Positions 1 to 10,700 are shown, numbered from the stretch's first letter. The stretch is DNA of 64,000 nt from an uncultured Dehalococcoidales bacterium (GCA_964400675.1 CAYNVO010000001.1:267919-331918); one strand, 5' to 3'. Made by a program: numbers and translations. The notes: a model not told the origin generated them from the letters alone.

Positions 1-187
1 TGTCGATGTCTATTAAATAGTAAGATTATGACCGGTACTACTTGCTTCTTTTCAAGCAGAAGTCTAGGATGGTTATAATGAGGGTAACAATTTGGGGCCA
101 TCGTTATAACATTATCAACGCAAGATTAGCTTCAGGATCCGTAAGATCTTTTTAATGGAGTACCATTTTCCGGAGGAGTCTTAAATT

Positions 188-946
188 ATGGAATTTTTTG
201 ACCTTATGAGTATCTCACACCGCTATATGGAGATACTAAACCCTTCCACGTCTGAAAAAATCATCAAGCTTGGCACACTACTCAAATTGAAAAAAGGGGA
301 CCGGGTCATCGACTTCGGTTGTGGCTGTGCTGAGCCCCTCACTCTATGGGCTGAGGAATTTGGTATCATTGGTATTGGCATAGATATATCCGAGTATTTC
401 TGCGACCGAGCCAGGAAAAAGCTGGCCATGAGAGGATTGTCGGACCAAATCGAAATCGTTTGCTCCCCTGCGGCTGACTATGTATTTAAAGAGGGGGCTT
501 TCGATGCAGCAACATGTATTGGATCAACGTTTGTTTTTGGCGGTTATCAGCAGACGATCCAGGCAATGAAGAGGGCTGTCCATCAGAGTGGACGCCTTGG
601 TATCGGCGAAACTCATTGGCTTAGCACCCAGATACATCCAGAATATGCCCAAAAACAGACAACTACCCACACAGAAGCGGAACTAGCTCGATTTACCCGG
701 GACGAAGGCTTTGAACTCGAATACATAATCCGTGCAAGCTACGACGATTGGGACAGATACATTTCGGATGGCTGGTATGGACTGATACGTTGGCTTGAGG
801 AAAACCCTAACCACCCTGACTATGAACAAGTATTCAATCATTTTCGTATTGACCAGGATGATTATTTACAGTTCCAACATCAATATATGGGCTGGGCTAT
901 GTACTGCCTCGCTCCCATCAAATCTCATTCGACAGATAGTATATAA
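188..946 (+). CDS. Class I SAM-dependent methyltransferase
   Basis: Glycine-rich motif I VIDFGCGCAEP about 45 aa from the N-terminus; size typical of the family. Confidence 0.7.
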   Translation: MEFFDLMSISHRYMEILNPSTSEKIIKLGTLLKLKKGDRVIDFGCGCAEPLTLWAEEFGIIGIGIDISEYFCDRARKKLAMRGLSDQIEIVCSPAADYVFKEGAFDAATCIGSTFVFGGYQQTIQAMKRAVHQSGRLGIGETHWLSTQIHPEYAQKQTTTHTEAELARFTRDEGFELEYIIRASYDDWDRYISDGWYGLIRWLEENPNHPDYEQVFNHFRIDQDDYLQFQHQYMGWAMYCLAPIKSHSTDSI

Positions 947-1124
947 TGAAATTACATTTATTGATATTGTCTTTTCAGCCTGTGATACCTCGTAGAAATG
1001 CACTTAATATGAGTCAACATCAGATAATCCTAAATTCTAGTAGCTTGGGTTACGTAAGAAATAGACACTATTAAATAGCTAAGGCGAATTTCAGTTCGAA
1101 GGTTTTAATGGTTCTACCTATTGA

Positions 1125-1313
1125 TACCCCAGCTCCACCATTCAAGTCCCCTCCGTTTGATAACATCCCCAACGTAAGGCAACTTTTGAGTTACAGATAG
1201 CGTTGGGATATACCACATTGGAAATGACTAGGCGCTATACACAGGCATTAGGATTTGAGGATGTGTTTAAGAGGCATGTGGTGGCATCACCCGTGGATAG
1301 GCTGGGAAGGTAG
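1125..1313 (+). pseudogene. Tyrosine recombinase/integrase C-terminal remnant
   Basis: The frame between stops translates to ...NVRQTFELQIALGYTTLEMTRRYTQAL..., matching the integrase C-terminal box (LLGHssIstTqrYtH) including the catalytic Tyr. There is no upstream catalytic domain and no start codon. Confidence 0.45.
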
Positions 1314-1383
1314 GGTAGACCAGTAGTAGGCAATCATTTGATTTCATGATTAGGCAGGTGGACAATATCAAAGAATGCCAAGT

Positions 1384-2658
1384 CTAATTACATATCTTTG
1401 TCAACGCAGTTGTTAGTTCTGGTAATTTCCTATAAGTACTACATACTTGCCAAAGAAGTGCTAAGAGCATGTCGCTACGCCCCTGTGATTTATACATTTC
1501 CAATCTGGGTGTTATGAGTTGTGTCTCATTCAGGTCCAACTTATCAGCAGTGAACCCATTGGTAATAATGCTATTTAATACCTGTTGTATATGATTGAAT
1601 AAAATATCTGAATCGGCTTGCTTTAATTTTGCTTTGAATACGGTGAGAAACATTTTGAATATTTTCTGATATTCTTTAAGTAAGGCAAATTCAGCAGTCA
1701 ATATGATTAGCGGAATCGCAGCTTTATCACATATACTTTTCTTTGTGCTATCTCTTTTTCGCACTTCTTCACTCTCATTAGAGCTTTTGCCATAATGCCC
1801 GCCTCCGTTGTATTCTATTGCTATTTGGATGACACCGCTTTCATCGCATAGAGCAAAATCAAAATGTCCACCCCATAGTAGTTTTTTCTCGCTGTCTGTC
1901 CAATTAATACTCTGTATATCAACGAATGCCTTTATCTCTCTCCCTTGAAAACATTTAAGTGGACTGAGCCAAATTTCGCTAATTACTTTCTTGATTTGGT
2001 TTTCTTGAAAGCCAAAATTAGCTTTCTTTTTAAGTCTATTTCTTTTTTGTGCCTCTTCCTTGATTAGTTCTTCAAGCTCACGATTTCCTTCTGGTTCGAG
2101 CTTGAGTATTTTTTCTTCGATGCTAGTCATCATATCTGCTGCAGCCCATTCGTTGATTACTCTCAGATAGGCTACTTCAAATTTCGATGGGTCACGACCT
2201 TTATCATTCTTAAAGGAAGATATTTCATAGTCAATATCAGTGCACATATCCCAGAAAAGTGGAAAATACATTTCAGCTATTTTCTGCTGGAGCTTTGCAG
2301 GATAACCAGCAATCTGTAATTTGGTCAAAAATCTTAGAAAATCGATGGTAATAGATGCATGATATAGTGGATTATCAAGCCCTTGCTCTACAGGAAATAT
2401 GAGCCCTTTATTGAATAGATCGATTACTTCCTTTTCATTCAGTTTTGTGTTTGCGTATATTACCTCAATCAGCTTCTCTTTAGAGACAAGATTATCAAGG
2501 TCATCATGAAGCATTAGCCTTTCATTAGCAACCATCATGACCATATTCTTGAGAAAGTCTTCACCTTGCATAGGTTTTATACCATTATAAGCTTTCCTAA
2601 ATAACAATGTGGAAAGCCAGGGCAAAAGTTCTTCTTTCCGTCCAGTAAGCCCCACCAT
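1384..2658 (-). CDS. Hypothetical protein with a central Vsr/DUF559/DUF2726-like PD-(D/E)xK endonuclease-fold domain
   Basis: The segment HFDFALCDESGVIQIAIEYNGGGHYG...EEVRKRD...ICDKAAIPLIILT fits the Vsr/DUF559 restriction-endonuclease-like pattern. The gene is AT-rich relative to its flanks, and the remaining ~330 aa are helical and unassigned. Confidence 0.5.
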   Translation of the reverse strand: MVGLTGRKEELLPWLSTLLFRKAYNGIKPMQGEDFLKNMVMMVANERLMLHDDLDNLVSKEKLIEVIYANTKLNEKEVIDLFNKGLIFPVEQGLDNPLYHASITIDFLRFLTKLQIAGYPAKLQQKIAEMYFPLFWDMCTDIDYEISSFKNDKGRDPSKFEVAYLRVINEWAAADMMTSIEEKILKLEPEGNRELEELIKEEAQKRNRLKKKANFGFQENQIKKVISEIWLSPLKCFQGREIKAFVDIQSINWTDSEKKLLWGGHFDFALCDESGVIQIAIEYNGGGHYGKSSNESEEVRKRDSTKKSICDKAAIPLIILTAEFALLKEYQKIFKMFLTVFKAKLKQADSDILFNHIQQVLNSIITNGFTADKLDLNETQLITPRLEMYKSQGRSDMLLALLWQVCSTYRKLPELTTALTKICN

Positions 2659-2791
2659 TAAGCATAAATCATCGACTGATTACTTTTCGACTAGCCAGGA
2701 TTCCCACACACAATTAGCTATCCCATTACATCGTTTGATTGAAGGATTTCTGTTATCCTGCAAAGTAGAGAACAAGTCTTCTGCCACTGCG

Positions 2792-3007
2792 TTACTTGCT
2801 AAAAATCTTAGCATAAAGAGGAATCGCTATCACCAAAGCTACAACAAGAAATATCCACCATGTCCATATTGGCAACCATGTTGCCAGTAGCAACCCTAAT
2901 GCCACCCCAGCAAGAAACTTGACTGTTATCAATAGTAGGAGGTGACATTTTGGTAACTGTCTTAACTTTTCTATCCTCTTATCATACCAACGGACAATAC
3001 TTGCCAT
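2792..3007 (-). CDS. Small two-TM membrane protein (hypothetical)
   Basis: 71-aa ORF with two hydrophobic helices, co-oriented between the ICMT-like gene and the 424-aa gene; it overlaps a + strand ORF that looks spurious. Confidence 0.3.
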   Translation of the reverse strand: MASIVRWYDKRIEKLRQLPKCHLLLLITVKFLAGVALGLLLATWLPIWTWWIFLVVALVIAIPLYAKIFSK

Positions 3008-3308
3008 AGTATTTACCTCCTATCCCTGTTGTGAAACCATTGTACCACCTCCCAGTCAATATGCAAGGGGTTAATTGCTATGGTGAAATGTTCACCAAAT
3101 ACGAGAATCCGGGCATTAGGGAGAAGATACGCCAATCCCTCGAGTGGTTAATTTAAACCACGCAATCTCGCAGATTAGAGGTTTCAAGTGAACGAAAACT
3201 GGCCAGTGTTGTATTCAGATGGTTTGCTATTATCGGTCATATGGTCAGAAGATTAAAGCATATATGAGCAGGCAGTCCTGGATTAATATATTCAGCTTAG
3301 ACTTAACA

Positions 3309-4001
3309 TTACCAGACAAGCGGGATTAGCCGGTATTTCACTTGCCTGGCATACTCTCTATAGCCCGGCATTTCATTTTGCAGCGTGCGGTCTTCCAGAG
3401 CCGTGCGGATTACTATTATTGTTGTCGATATGCCGCTCAGCACAAAACCCCACCATGAACCTAAAATGAATGGATAGGCTAATATTGAGATGATTAAACC
3501 GGCATATCCCGGATGTCTCATTATCTTGTATGGGCCAGAGGTACAAACATATTGATTCCTATCATCCTGGATGCGGACTGTCCACTCAAATAATTTATTG
3601 ACTGCCATGGCCCAGAGCGCGAGCGGAATCACAGATACAAATATAAATATGCCTACGAAAGTTAACCAGAAAGGCATAAACGACCATTGGAATCTAACTG
3701 CATCGAACCCCATGACGACAAGGTTGCCAAGGGTTAATACGGGATAAATGGCTACCCATATCTTATCAAAGCCTTTTGTGCCTTCCTTGACAACGCTGCC
3801 GCGTTCATTCAACATCTCCGGATTCACTCTTGCCAGCACTACTGTACTTATCACCCAATAAATTGAAACCAGGCCCACGTATACCCACGCGTTTATCCAG
3901 GCAAGTGTACCCGCTGATATGAATAAGATAGCAAATCCGATGATGATAAGAATTGATTGTACAATGATTCCTCTAATGCCGAAGCGATTTAGATTGCTCA
4001 T
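3309..4001 (-). CDS. Isoprenylcysteine carboxyl methyltransferase (ICMT/PEMT) family membrane methyltransferase
   Basis: Multi-TM protein with the conserved C-terminal RHPGYAGLII...LGSWWG motif of the ICMT/phospholipid methyltransferase family. Confidence 0.6.
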   Translation of the reverse strand: MSNLNRFGIRGIIVQSILIIIGFAILFISAGTLAWINAWVYVGLVSIYWVISTVVLARVNPEMLNERGSVVKEGTKGFDKIWVAIYPVLTLGNLVVMGFDAVRFQWSFMPFWLTFVGIFIFVSVIPLALWAMAVNKLFEWTVRIQDDRNQYVCTSGPYKIMRHPGYAGLIISILAYPFILGSWWGFVLSGISTTIIVIRTALEDRTLQNEMPGYREYARQVKYRLIPLVW

Positions 4002-4069
4002 CTCTCACCCCCGATACGTTTAAAAAGTATTATACATCTGCATATTTCGTAATGGAATGCCACTATCGT

Positions 4070-4118
4070 AGGACTAAGGGTCAAAAGGTAGTGGGTTCGA
4101 ATCCCATCAGCCCAACCA
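4070..4118 (+). other. tRNA 3' fragment (T-arm plus acceptor 3' strand plus CCA); possible att-site remnant
   Basis: gtggg-ttcgaat-cccat T-arm is followed by cagccca-a-cca. No complementary 5' acceptor strand (tgggctg) and no D or anticodon arm within 90 nt upstream. Confidence 0.45.
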
Positions 4119-4380
4119 CCTGCTTGCATAAGTTTACAAAAGGTGGCTAATTTTTATAAAAATTTCACCTTGTTACCTGCTACACCTTTTAGCGTTTTGC
4201 GACCTTGTCGCAGCGGAAAGTTTGTTGTAGCATAGAGACTAGCTAGCAACATAGGCGTCTCACTGCTAGTCTCACATGGCGTGCTTGCAGTTTCTGCCGT
4301 TCACCAATATACTTAGGATGACCGTAGGTACCTTCACTTAATAGCACTAGGGCAAAGGGGTAACTTAGAACCGGGCAGAA

Positions 4381-5463
4381 TTGCCAGTGGAAATCAATGT
4401 TGGCTTGAAAGCTATTAAAAACGGGGGATTGATCAAAATTAGAGATGTCTCCTTGTGTTCCCTTGTCGTAATACTTGGCGTAATCCTTGTAGTTGCATGC
4501 GCACTTGGCTTAACAACATCTGCCTGTTCTTCGCTGCAACCGGTCTCGCTGCAGTTGCAGTGGGTCACCCAGGCCCAGTTTGCCGGGTACTATGTGGCAC
4601 TGGACAAAGGATGGTACCTCGACGAAGGAATTGACCTGAGTATAAAGCCTGGCGGGCCGGATCTCACGCCTATTGACCTGGTAGTAGACGGAGAGCGTGA
4701 CTTCGGCACCGGCCTGCTGGCTGACCTCTGTATTGCCGTCCAAGAGGGCAAGCCGGTTATAAGTATCGGCCAGATCCAGCAAAAGAACGGGCTACTTCTT
4801 ATTGCTAAAGAAGCTTCGGGTATCAAGCAGCCCAAAGATTTCGTTGGTAAGCGAGTCGGTGTCTGGCTCGGAAGCTGGGAGGCCCAATTCAATACGCTAA
4901 TGGCTAATGAAGGCATTGCATTGCAGGATGTCGAAGTGATATCTCAGGGATTTAGTATGGATCCCTTTATTAAAGGAGACATGGATGTAGCCTCAGCCAT
5001 GATTTACAACGAATACCATACGGTTCTGGAGAGTGGATTAGGAACGGAGGACCTTAATGTCATCGATTATGCCGATTATGGTCTGGGCTTTCCGGGTGAT
5101 ACACTTTTTACCAGCCGCCAGCTAGCCAAGCAGCATCCCGACTTGTGTATCCGCATGCTTCGTGCCAGTCTGCGGGGTTGGCAGTATGCCATAGATTATC
5201 CAGAGGAAGCAGTGGATATCGTGCTCAAGTACGACGAAAGCGGTGTGCAAACCCGGCTGCATCAGCTCTCGATGATGAATGAGATCTCAAAGCTTGTGCA
5301 AGTCCCGAGGCGTGATATTGGATATACGGACCGGACTACTGTAAAGCAGACTATATACATCCTGCGACAAAAGGTAATGAGTGGGCCATTACAGCCTGAG
5401 GATGTATATACTAATGACTTTTGGGAGCAAGCTTACGAACAGCAGGGAGAGACCACCGATTGA
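4381..5463 (+). CDS. ABC transporter substrate-binding protein, NMT1/THI5-like (NitT/TauT family)
   Basis: Signal peptide with a lipobox-like LTTSAC, then LQWVTQAQFAGYYVALDKGWY, typical of NMT1/THI5-like periplasmic binding proteins. The start may lie downstream of the track start. Confidence 0.65.
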   Translation: MPVEINVGLKAIKNGGLIKIRDVSLCSLVVILGVILVVACALGLTTSACSSLQPVSLQLQWVTQAQFAGYYVALDKGWYLDEGIDLSIKPGGPDLTPIDLVVDGERDFGTGLLADLCIAVQEGKPVISIGQIQQKNGLLLIAKEASGIKQPKDFVGKRVGVWLGSWEAQFNTLMANEGIALQDVEVISQGFSMDPFIKGDMDVASAMIYNEYHTVLESGLGTEDLNVIDYADYGLGFPGDTLFTSRQLAKQHPDLCIRMLRASLRGWQYAIDYPEEAVDIVLKYDESGVQTRLHQLSMMNEISKLVQVPRRDIGYTDRTTVKQTIYILRQKVMSGPLQPEDVYTNDFWEQAYEQQGETTD

Positions 5464-5525
5464 CACTCGACTCTTGATGATAGCGATACTTATAGGAAAA
5501 AGAGAAACGGGAAGAGTGCAATCAG

Positions 5526-7301
5526 TTGTGGAGAAGTTGCTGGTATGCGATACTTTCATTGGTTCAGCACCATTGTCGTTCAGTTGTCATTGCCATGAAT
5601 AGCAATACACCAACAAAGAATAGACCAAAGAGCAGGCTAAAATTCAGCATAGCCACTAAGCTCTTAGCTTCCTTTCTTCTATTGCTGGTCGTTTCTTTTG
5701 CCATCATCTGCCTCCTCGTTACTCTTAACATGAAGGAGATACGAAGCTTTGCCGAGGAAAGCAGTATTGCCTTGGGTAATAGCGCAGTCAGCGATAGCAC
5801 CTCAGCACTGGAAGAACTGGGGGAGGCGGCTATAAAACAAAAAGCAATAGATGTATCAAATCAAGTAAAGATATATCTCGAGGGACATCCAGACCTTACT
5901 GCCGACGAAATTAGGAAAGATCCTAACCTCGGCCAGATTGCCGTACAGCCTGTAGGCCAGACGGGTTATACCGCTCTCTACGAAAAAGAAACAGGAATCA
6001 TGAGATTTCATCCCAATCCCAGCCTTATTGATTATGATATGCACGGTTTAAGCGACACGCTTCCTTCATTCTGGATGGTATTTCAACCAAGTCTTAGAGG
6101 CTCTATTTTCAGTGGGTATTATGATTGGGAAGATGCCGATGGAACGATACGACCAAAGTTCATGTATATGGTTCCCGTGGAAGGCACAATCTATATGGTA
6201 GCAGCAACCACGTATATTGATGAATTCTCGCAGCCAGCTATTATTACAAAGAACAAAATTGCGGCGGCAACTTCGCAGGCCATGGCGTACATTGACAGGC
6301 AAATCAAAAATACTCGAAATCTTTTCATAGGGCTTTTGCTGGCTATACTTGTGGTGGTTGTGGGGCTGGTCTTCTGGCTTTCAATAATGATAACCAATCC
6401 CATCAAAGCACTTACCAGGAGTTCTGAAATTATCGGAGGTGGAGACCTGGACTACAAGCTAGAAATAGAAACTGGAGATGAGCTAGAAGATTTGGCAAAT
6501 TCCTTCAATAAGATGGCGTCAGACTTAAAAAGGTATATTGAGGAGCTGCGTATCACTACTGCTGAGAAGGAGCGAATTGCTAAGGAGTTGGAAATTGCCA
6601 GGGGTATCCAGCAGAGCTTCTTGCCTGAGTATCCTCCTGAAGTAAAGGGGGTCGAACTAGCAGCTCTGAACCTTCCAGCTAAAGAGGTGGGTGGCGACTT
6701 CTATGACTTCATCCCCATTGGGCCAGACAAGTGGGGGTTGGTTATTGCCGATGTCTCCGGGAAAGGAATTCCCGCCGCGCTGTTTATGGCACTCTCAACA
6801 ACGCTGGTTCGTGCTAGCGCCACAGGCGGTATAGCACCTGCGAAGGCCATACAAAGAGCCAATGATTTGATTGCCGAGCATGACAAGACAAGCATGTTTG
6901 TGACTTTGTTCTATGGAGTTCTTGACGCAGAGAGGAACACATTCACCTATGTCAGTGCGGGGCATAACCCGCCCTTCGTGCTCGCCGGTTGTGGCAGCGA
7001 CACCATAATGCTGCAGGCTAAAGGAATCGCTCTGGGTGTAGTCCCCGACATTGGCCTGGAGGAAAAGGAAATCACTTTGAGCAGTGGGGATGTTGTTGTT
7101 CTCTATACAGATGGAGTAACCGAGGCTATTAACAACGAGGAAGAGCAATTCGGCCAAAGCAGACTGCTCGCCATAGCCGAGCAATTCCGTAGCCTTTCGG
7201 CCTCCGATATTATAAAACGAATTCAACAAGAAGTGTTTGAATTCAGTAGCGGACAGCCGCAATTCGATGACTTCACTCTGATGGTACTAAAAATTGTATG
7301 A
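5526..7301 (+). CDS. Membrane sensor PP2C-family serine phosphatase (TM, extracytoplasmic domain, TM, HAMP, SpoIIE/PP2C)
   Basis: Two TM helices flank a ~220-aa domain, followed by a HAMP-like segment and a C-terminal PP2C/SpoIIE region (GDFYDF...VIADVSGKG...YTDGVTE). An alternative start at ATG 5595 is possible. Confidence 0.75.
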   Translation: MWRSCWYAILSLVQHHCRSVVIAMNSNTPTKNRPKSRLKFSIATKLLASFLLLLVVSFAIICLLVTLNMKEIRSFAEESSIALGNSAVSDSTSALEELGEAAIKQKAIDVSNQVKIYLEGHPDLTADEIRKDPNLGQIAVQPVGQTGYTALYEKETGIMRFHPNPSLIDYDMHGLSDTLPSFWMVFQPSLRGSIFSGYYDWEDADGTIRPKFMYMVPVEGTIYMVAATTYIDEFSQPAIITKNKIAAATSQAMAYIDRQIKNTRNLFIGLLLAILVVVVGLVFWLSIMITNPIKALTRSSEIIGGGDLDYKLEIETGDELEDLANSFNKMASDLKRYIEELRITTAEKERIAKELEIARGIQQSFLPEYPPEVKGVELAALNLPAKEVGGDFYDFIPIGPDKWGLVIADVSGKGIPAALFMALSTTLVRASATGGIAPAKAIQRANDLIAEHDKTSMFVTLFYGVLDAERNTFTYVSAGHNPPFVLAGCGSDTIMLQAKGIALGVVPDIGLEEKEITLSSGDVVVLYTDGVTEAINNEEEQFGQSRLLAIAEQFRSLSASDIIKRIQQEVFEFSSGQPQFDDFTLMVLKIV

Positions 7302-7477
7302 GTCGAACGATAGTTTGCGAAGGGAGTGGTAACCTGGATTATAAAAGAATTTGAAAAAGGTTAAGGTAGAACTCATTTGCTATTTATAGTATTTGCCAAG
7401 GTTGGCATTCTGTGAATTGAAGTCTCCTTAGAAGCTACACATGACAAGGATGGTGAATATCATGGATTAGTGAAGAA

Positions 7478-7541
7478 GAGGGACTGTTCAGCCTGGGCGA
7501 AAGCTCCTCCTTCCGTCCAGTAAGCCCCACCATTTAGAAGA
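7478..7541 (-). pseudogene. Duplicated 5' fragment of the 1384..2658 gene family
   Basis: 27 bp identical to the start of the 424-aa gene (tccgtccagtaagccccaccat) plus ~35 bp similar downstream. It encodes MVGLTGRKEEL... then terminates after 33 codons. Confidence 0.5.
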
Positions 7542-7747
7542 TATCATTACCACAAATCAGCTGCGGTTTATCGCAAAATCCCCAGACCTGCTGGTTTTTC
7601 TTCGTAGGAGGGGCATTATAACCTCAAAATGCAAAGTTCGTCATGTTGTTTAGTGTAGGTGGCAAAGCGGCTTCTGTTAAAAGGGCTGCAGGATTAAAGG
7701 GCTGTTGGGTGTAGAGTTAGTAATCTACTCCCATAGTATTCTGAAAG

Positions 7748-10700
7748 CTAGTAGCCCTGAAAGCGTCTTCTGGAGATTATTATCAGCAAGCCCACCAGTA
7801 TAACAATAACAGCTATCGCAGCTACAAACAATATGCCTTCACCTATTCCTTCACCTATTCCTGCACTCGGTCCTCTGCTAGCACCGTTAACAGTGAAACT
7901 CCCTCTCTGGTCATCAATACTGACAGTATAAGTCCCTGGCTGAGTTTTAGCGATTGTGAACTTCACCGGCTGTGTACCCTGTGGACCAACGCTAACCATC
8001 CTGCTTTGCTCTACCTGTCCGTTTATCTTGAGGGTGAGATTATAGTTACCAGCCTCGTAACCGGTGTTGACAACATTGGTGGTGATAGTCACTGGCTGAC
8101 CAGCCGTTGTCTGCTGCGGGTTTACGCTCAGGTACTGCAGCGACATCTGAGCCGGATTAAGCGGACGAGGTGGTGTAGGCATTGGCGGTGAGGCTCGTGG
8201 TGCTGCTGGCATCGCTGGTGCTGCTATCGTTGGCCCGCCCGGGTCAACGATGGTGCCGTTGGCTGCTCCATCAGCATCGCCAAGCCCACCATCGGTTAAG
8301 GTGAGAGTTAGGACGTTATCGCCATCGTTACTGCCCACAAGGGACGTGCAATTTACCCATATCCCGTTCTGGCACTTCCAGTACTGGGTGCTTGCAGGCA
8401 TGCTGTAAGGAAGCGTAATGGTTATGGTCACTGTTGAGCCCGGGGTAATATTGGTGATGTTAAACGAGAAGAAGCCGTTGGGGAAGCTGAAGCCTGAGAG
8501 GGTTCCGCATGGAGTGGAGATTGCAGCGGTTAAGCCTGTGACGGAACCGCCGCTGGTGGTAAAGGTGGCAATGCCGGTGTTCGTGGCAGTGTTTACGCTC
8601 TGGGTTTGCTCGCCTGCTCTGTTAACGGTAAAGCCGTCGCTCAGAGTATCGGTTCCCGCAGGGGTGGTTACCGTGACATCCCTGGTACCGGGTGAAGCAT
8701 AGGATAGGATAGTGATATTGGCAGTTATCTGGGTATCGCTGTCCTCAGTAAAATTATCGGCTGTGACATAGCTGCCAAAGCCGCCAAATTTGACCGATGT
8801 AACGCCGCTAAAATGGGTGCCTGTTATGATGACGTCAAGTGTCTCGCCCTGGATGCCGGAGGTCGGATTTACACCGGTTACAGTGGGGGGTGCTTTATTT
8901 ACGGTGAACCCGCCAGTCAATGTGCCGGTGCCCCAGGGCGTTGTCACCGAGACATCCCTGACGCCAGTTGCCGCGTCACCGGCGATGGTTATATTGGCGC
9001 TTATCTGAGTGGCGGAGTCAAACGTGAAGTTGTTGACTGTTACGCCAGCGCCGAAGCTCACTGCCGTAGCTCCGTTGAAATCGGTGCCTGTTATGATGAC
9101 ATCGAGCGTTTGCTCCTGGATGCCGGAGGCAGGATTTACACCGGTTACAGTGGGTGGTGGTAGTGGCGCTGATGTATTTAGCAGTACCGAGACATTGTTG
9201 TCGTCATTATTAGCCACGGCGAGGTCGGGCTTGCCATCCCTGTTGAAATCGCCCACGGAGACGGAGCGGGGGTTTGTTCCCGCAGTATAGTTGTCCGCGG
9301 CGCGGAAGGTGCCGTCGCCATTGCCCAGCAGCACGGAGACATTGTTACTGTTAAAATTAACCACGGCCAGGTCGGGATTACCGTCCCTGTTGAAATCGCC
9401 CACGGCAACAGAGAAAGGGAATAACCCCGTGGCATAGTTCCCTGCCCCATTGAAGGTGCCGTCGCCATTGCCCAGCAGCACGGAGGTATTGGCACTGTTC
9501 TTATTAGCTGTGGCCAGGTCGGGGTTGCCGTCCTTGTTGAAATCGCCCACGGCGATGTAGACAGGCTCTGTTCCTACTGGATAGTCCACTGCCTGTAAGT
9601 TGAAGGTTCCGTCACCCACGCCGAGCAGCATGTAGACGGAGTTATTACCAGCATCGGTCACGGCCAGGTCGGGCTTGCCGTCCCGGTTGAAATCGCCCAC
9701 GGCAACAGAGTAGGGGACTCCCCTCGCGTCATAGGGCGCTGTGCTGAAGGCGCCGTTGCCATCGCCCAGCAGTATGGAGTAATTGACACTGCCAGAATTA
9801 GCTGTGGCAAGGTCGGGCTTGCCGTCCCTGTTGAAATCGCCCACAGCGACACAGAAGGGTAAATCTCCCACAGCATAGTTCACCGCGTCATCGAAGGTGC
9901 CATTGCCATCGCCCAGCAGTATGGAGACATTGTCGTCATTAACATTGGCTGTGGCGAGGTCGGGGTCACCGTCCCGGTCGAAATCGCCTGCGGCGATAGA
10001 GACAGGGCTTCTCCCCACGGCGTAGTTCAGCGGCGTGTTGAAGGCGCCGTTGCCATCGCCCAGCAGTATGGAGACGTTGTCGCTGCTCGAATTAGCCGTG
10101 GCCAGGTCGGGCTTGCCGTCCCTGTTGAAATCGCCGACTATGGTTGAGAAGGGGCCTGTTGCCGTGGCATAGTTCGCCGCGGCATTGAAGGAAAGGCTCT
10201 CCGGTGTTGCAGTATTAAGTAGAATGGAGACATTGTTTGTGCCGGCATTGGCTGCGGCGAGGTCGGGATTACCGTCCCTGTTGAAATCGCCCACGGCGAC
10301 ATACCAGGGGAAATGATCCACAGCATAGTTCACCGCCCCATTGAAGGTACCATTGCCATTGCCTAGTAGCACGGAGACATTGTCTGTGCTGGCATTGGCG
10401 GTGGCTAAGTCGGGGTTGCCGTCCCGGTTGAAATCGCCCACGGCTACAGAGTAGGGGCCGTTTCCCACGTCATATTTCACTGCCGGTAGGGTGAAGGTGC
10501 CGTCGCCCACGCCCAGCAGCACGGAGACATTGTTGGTGGTGTTATTGGCTGTGGCCAGGTCGGGGTTGCCGTCCCGGTTGAAATCGCCCACGGCTACAGA
10601 GTAGGGGTGGTCTCCCACATTATAGACGACCGCCGCTTTGAAGGTACCGTCGCCCTTACCCCGCAATATAGAGACAGTGTTTGCGCTATTATTGGCTACG

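Noticed and set aside
4051-4127. Complete tRNA or tmRNA gene
   Set aside because: Only T-arm and acceptor 3' strand plus CCA are present. There is no complementary 5' acceptor strand, D-arm or anticodon arm upstream, and the minus strand is not tRNA-like. Treated as a 3' fragment.
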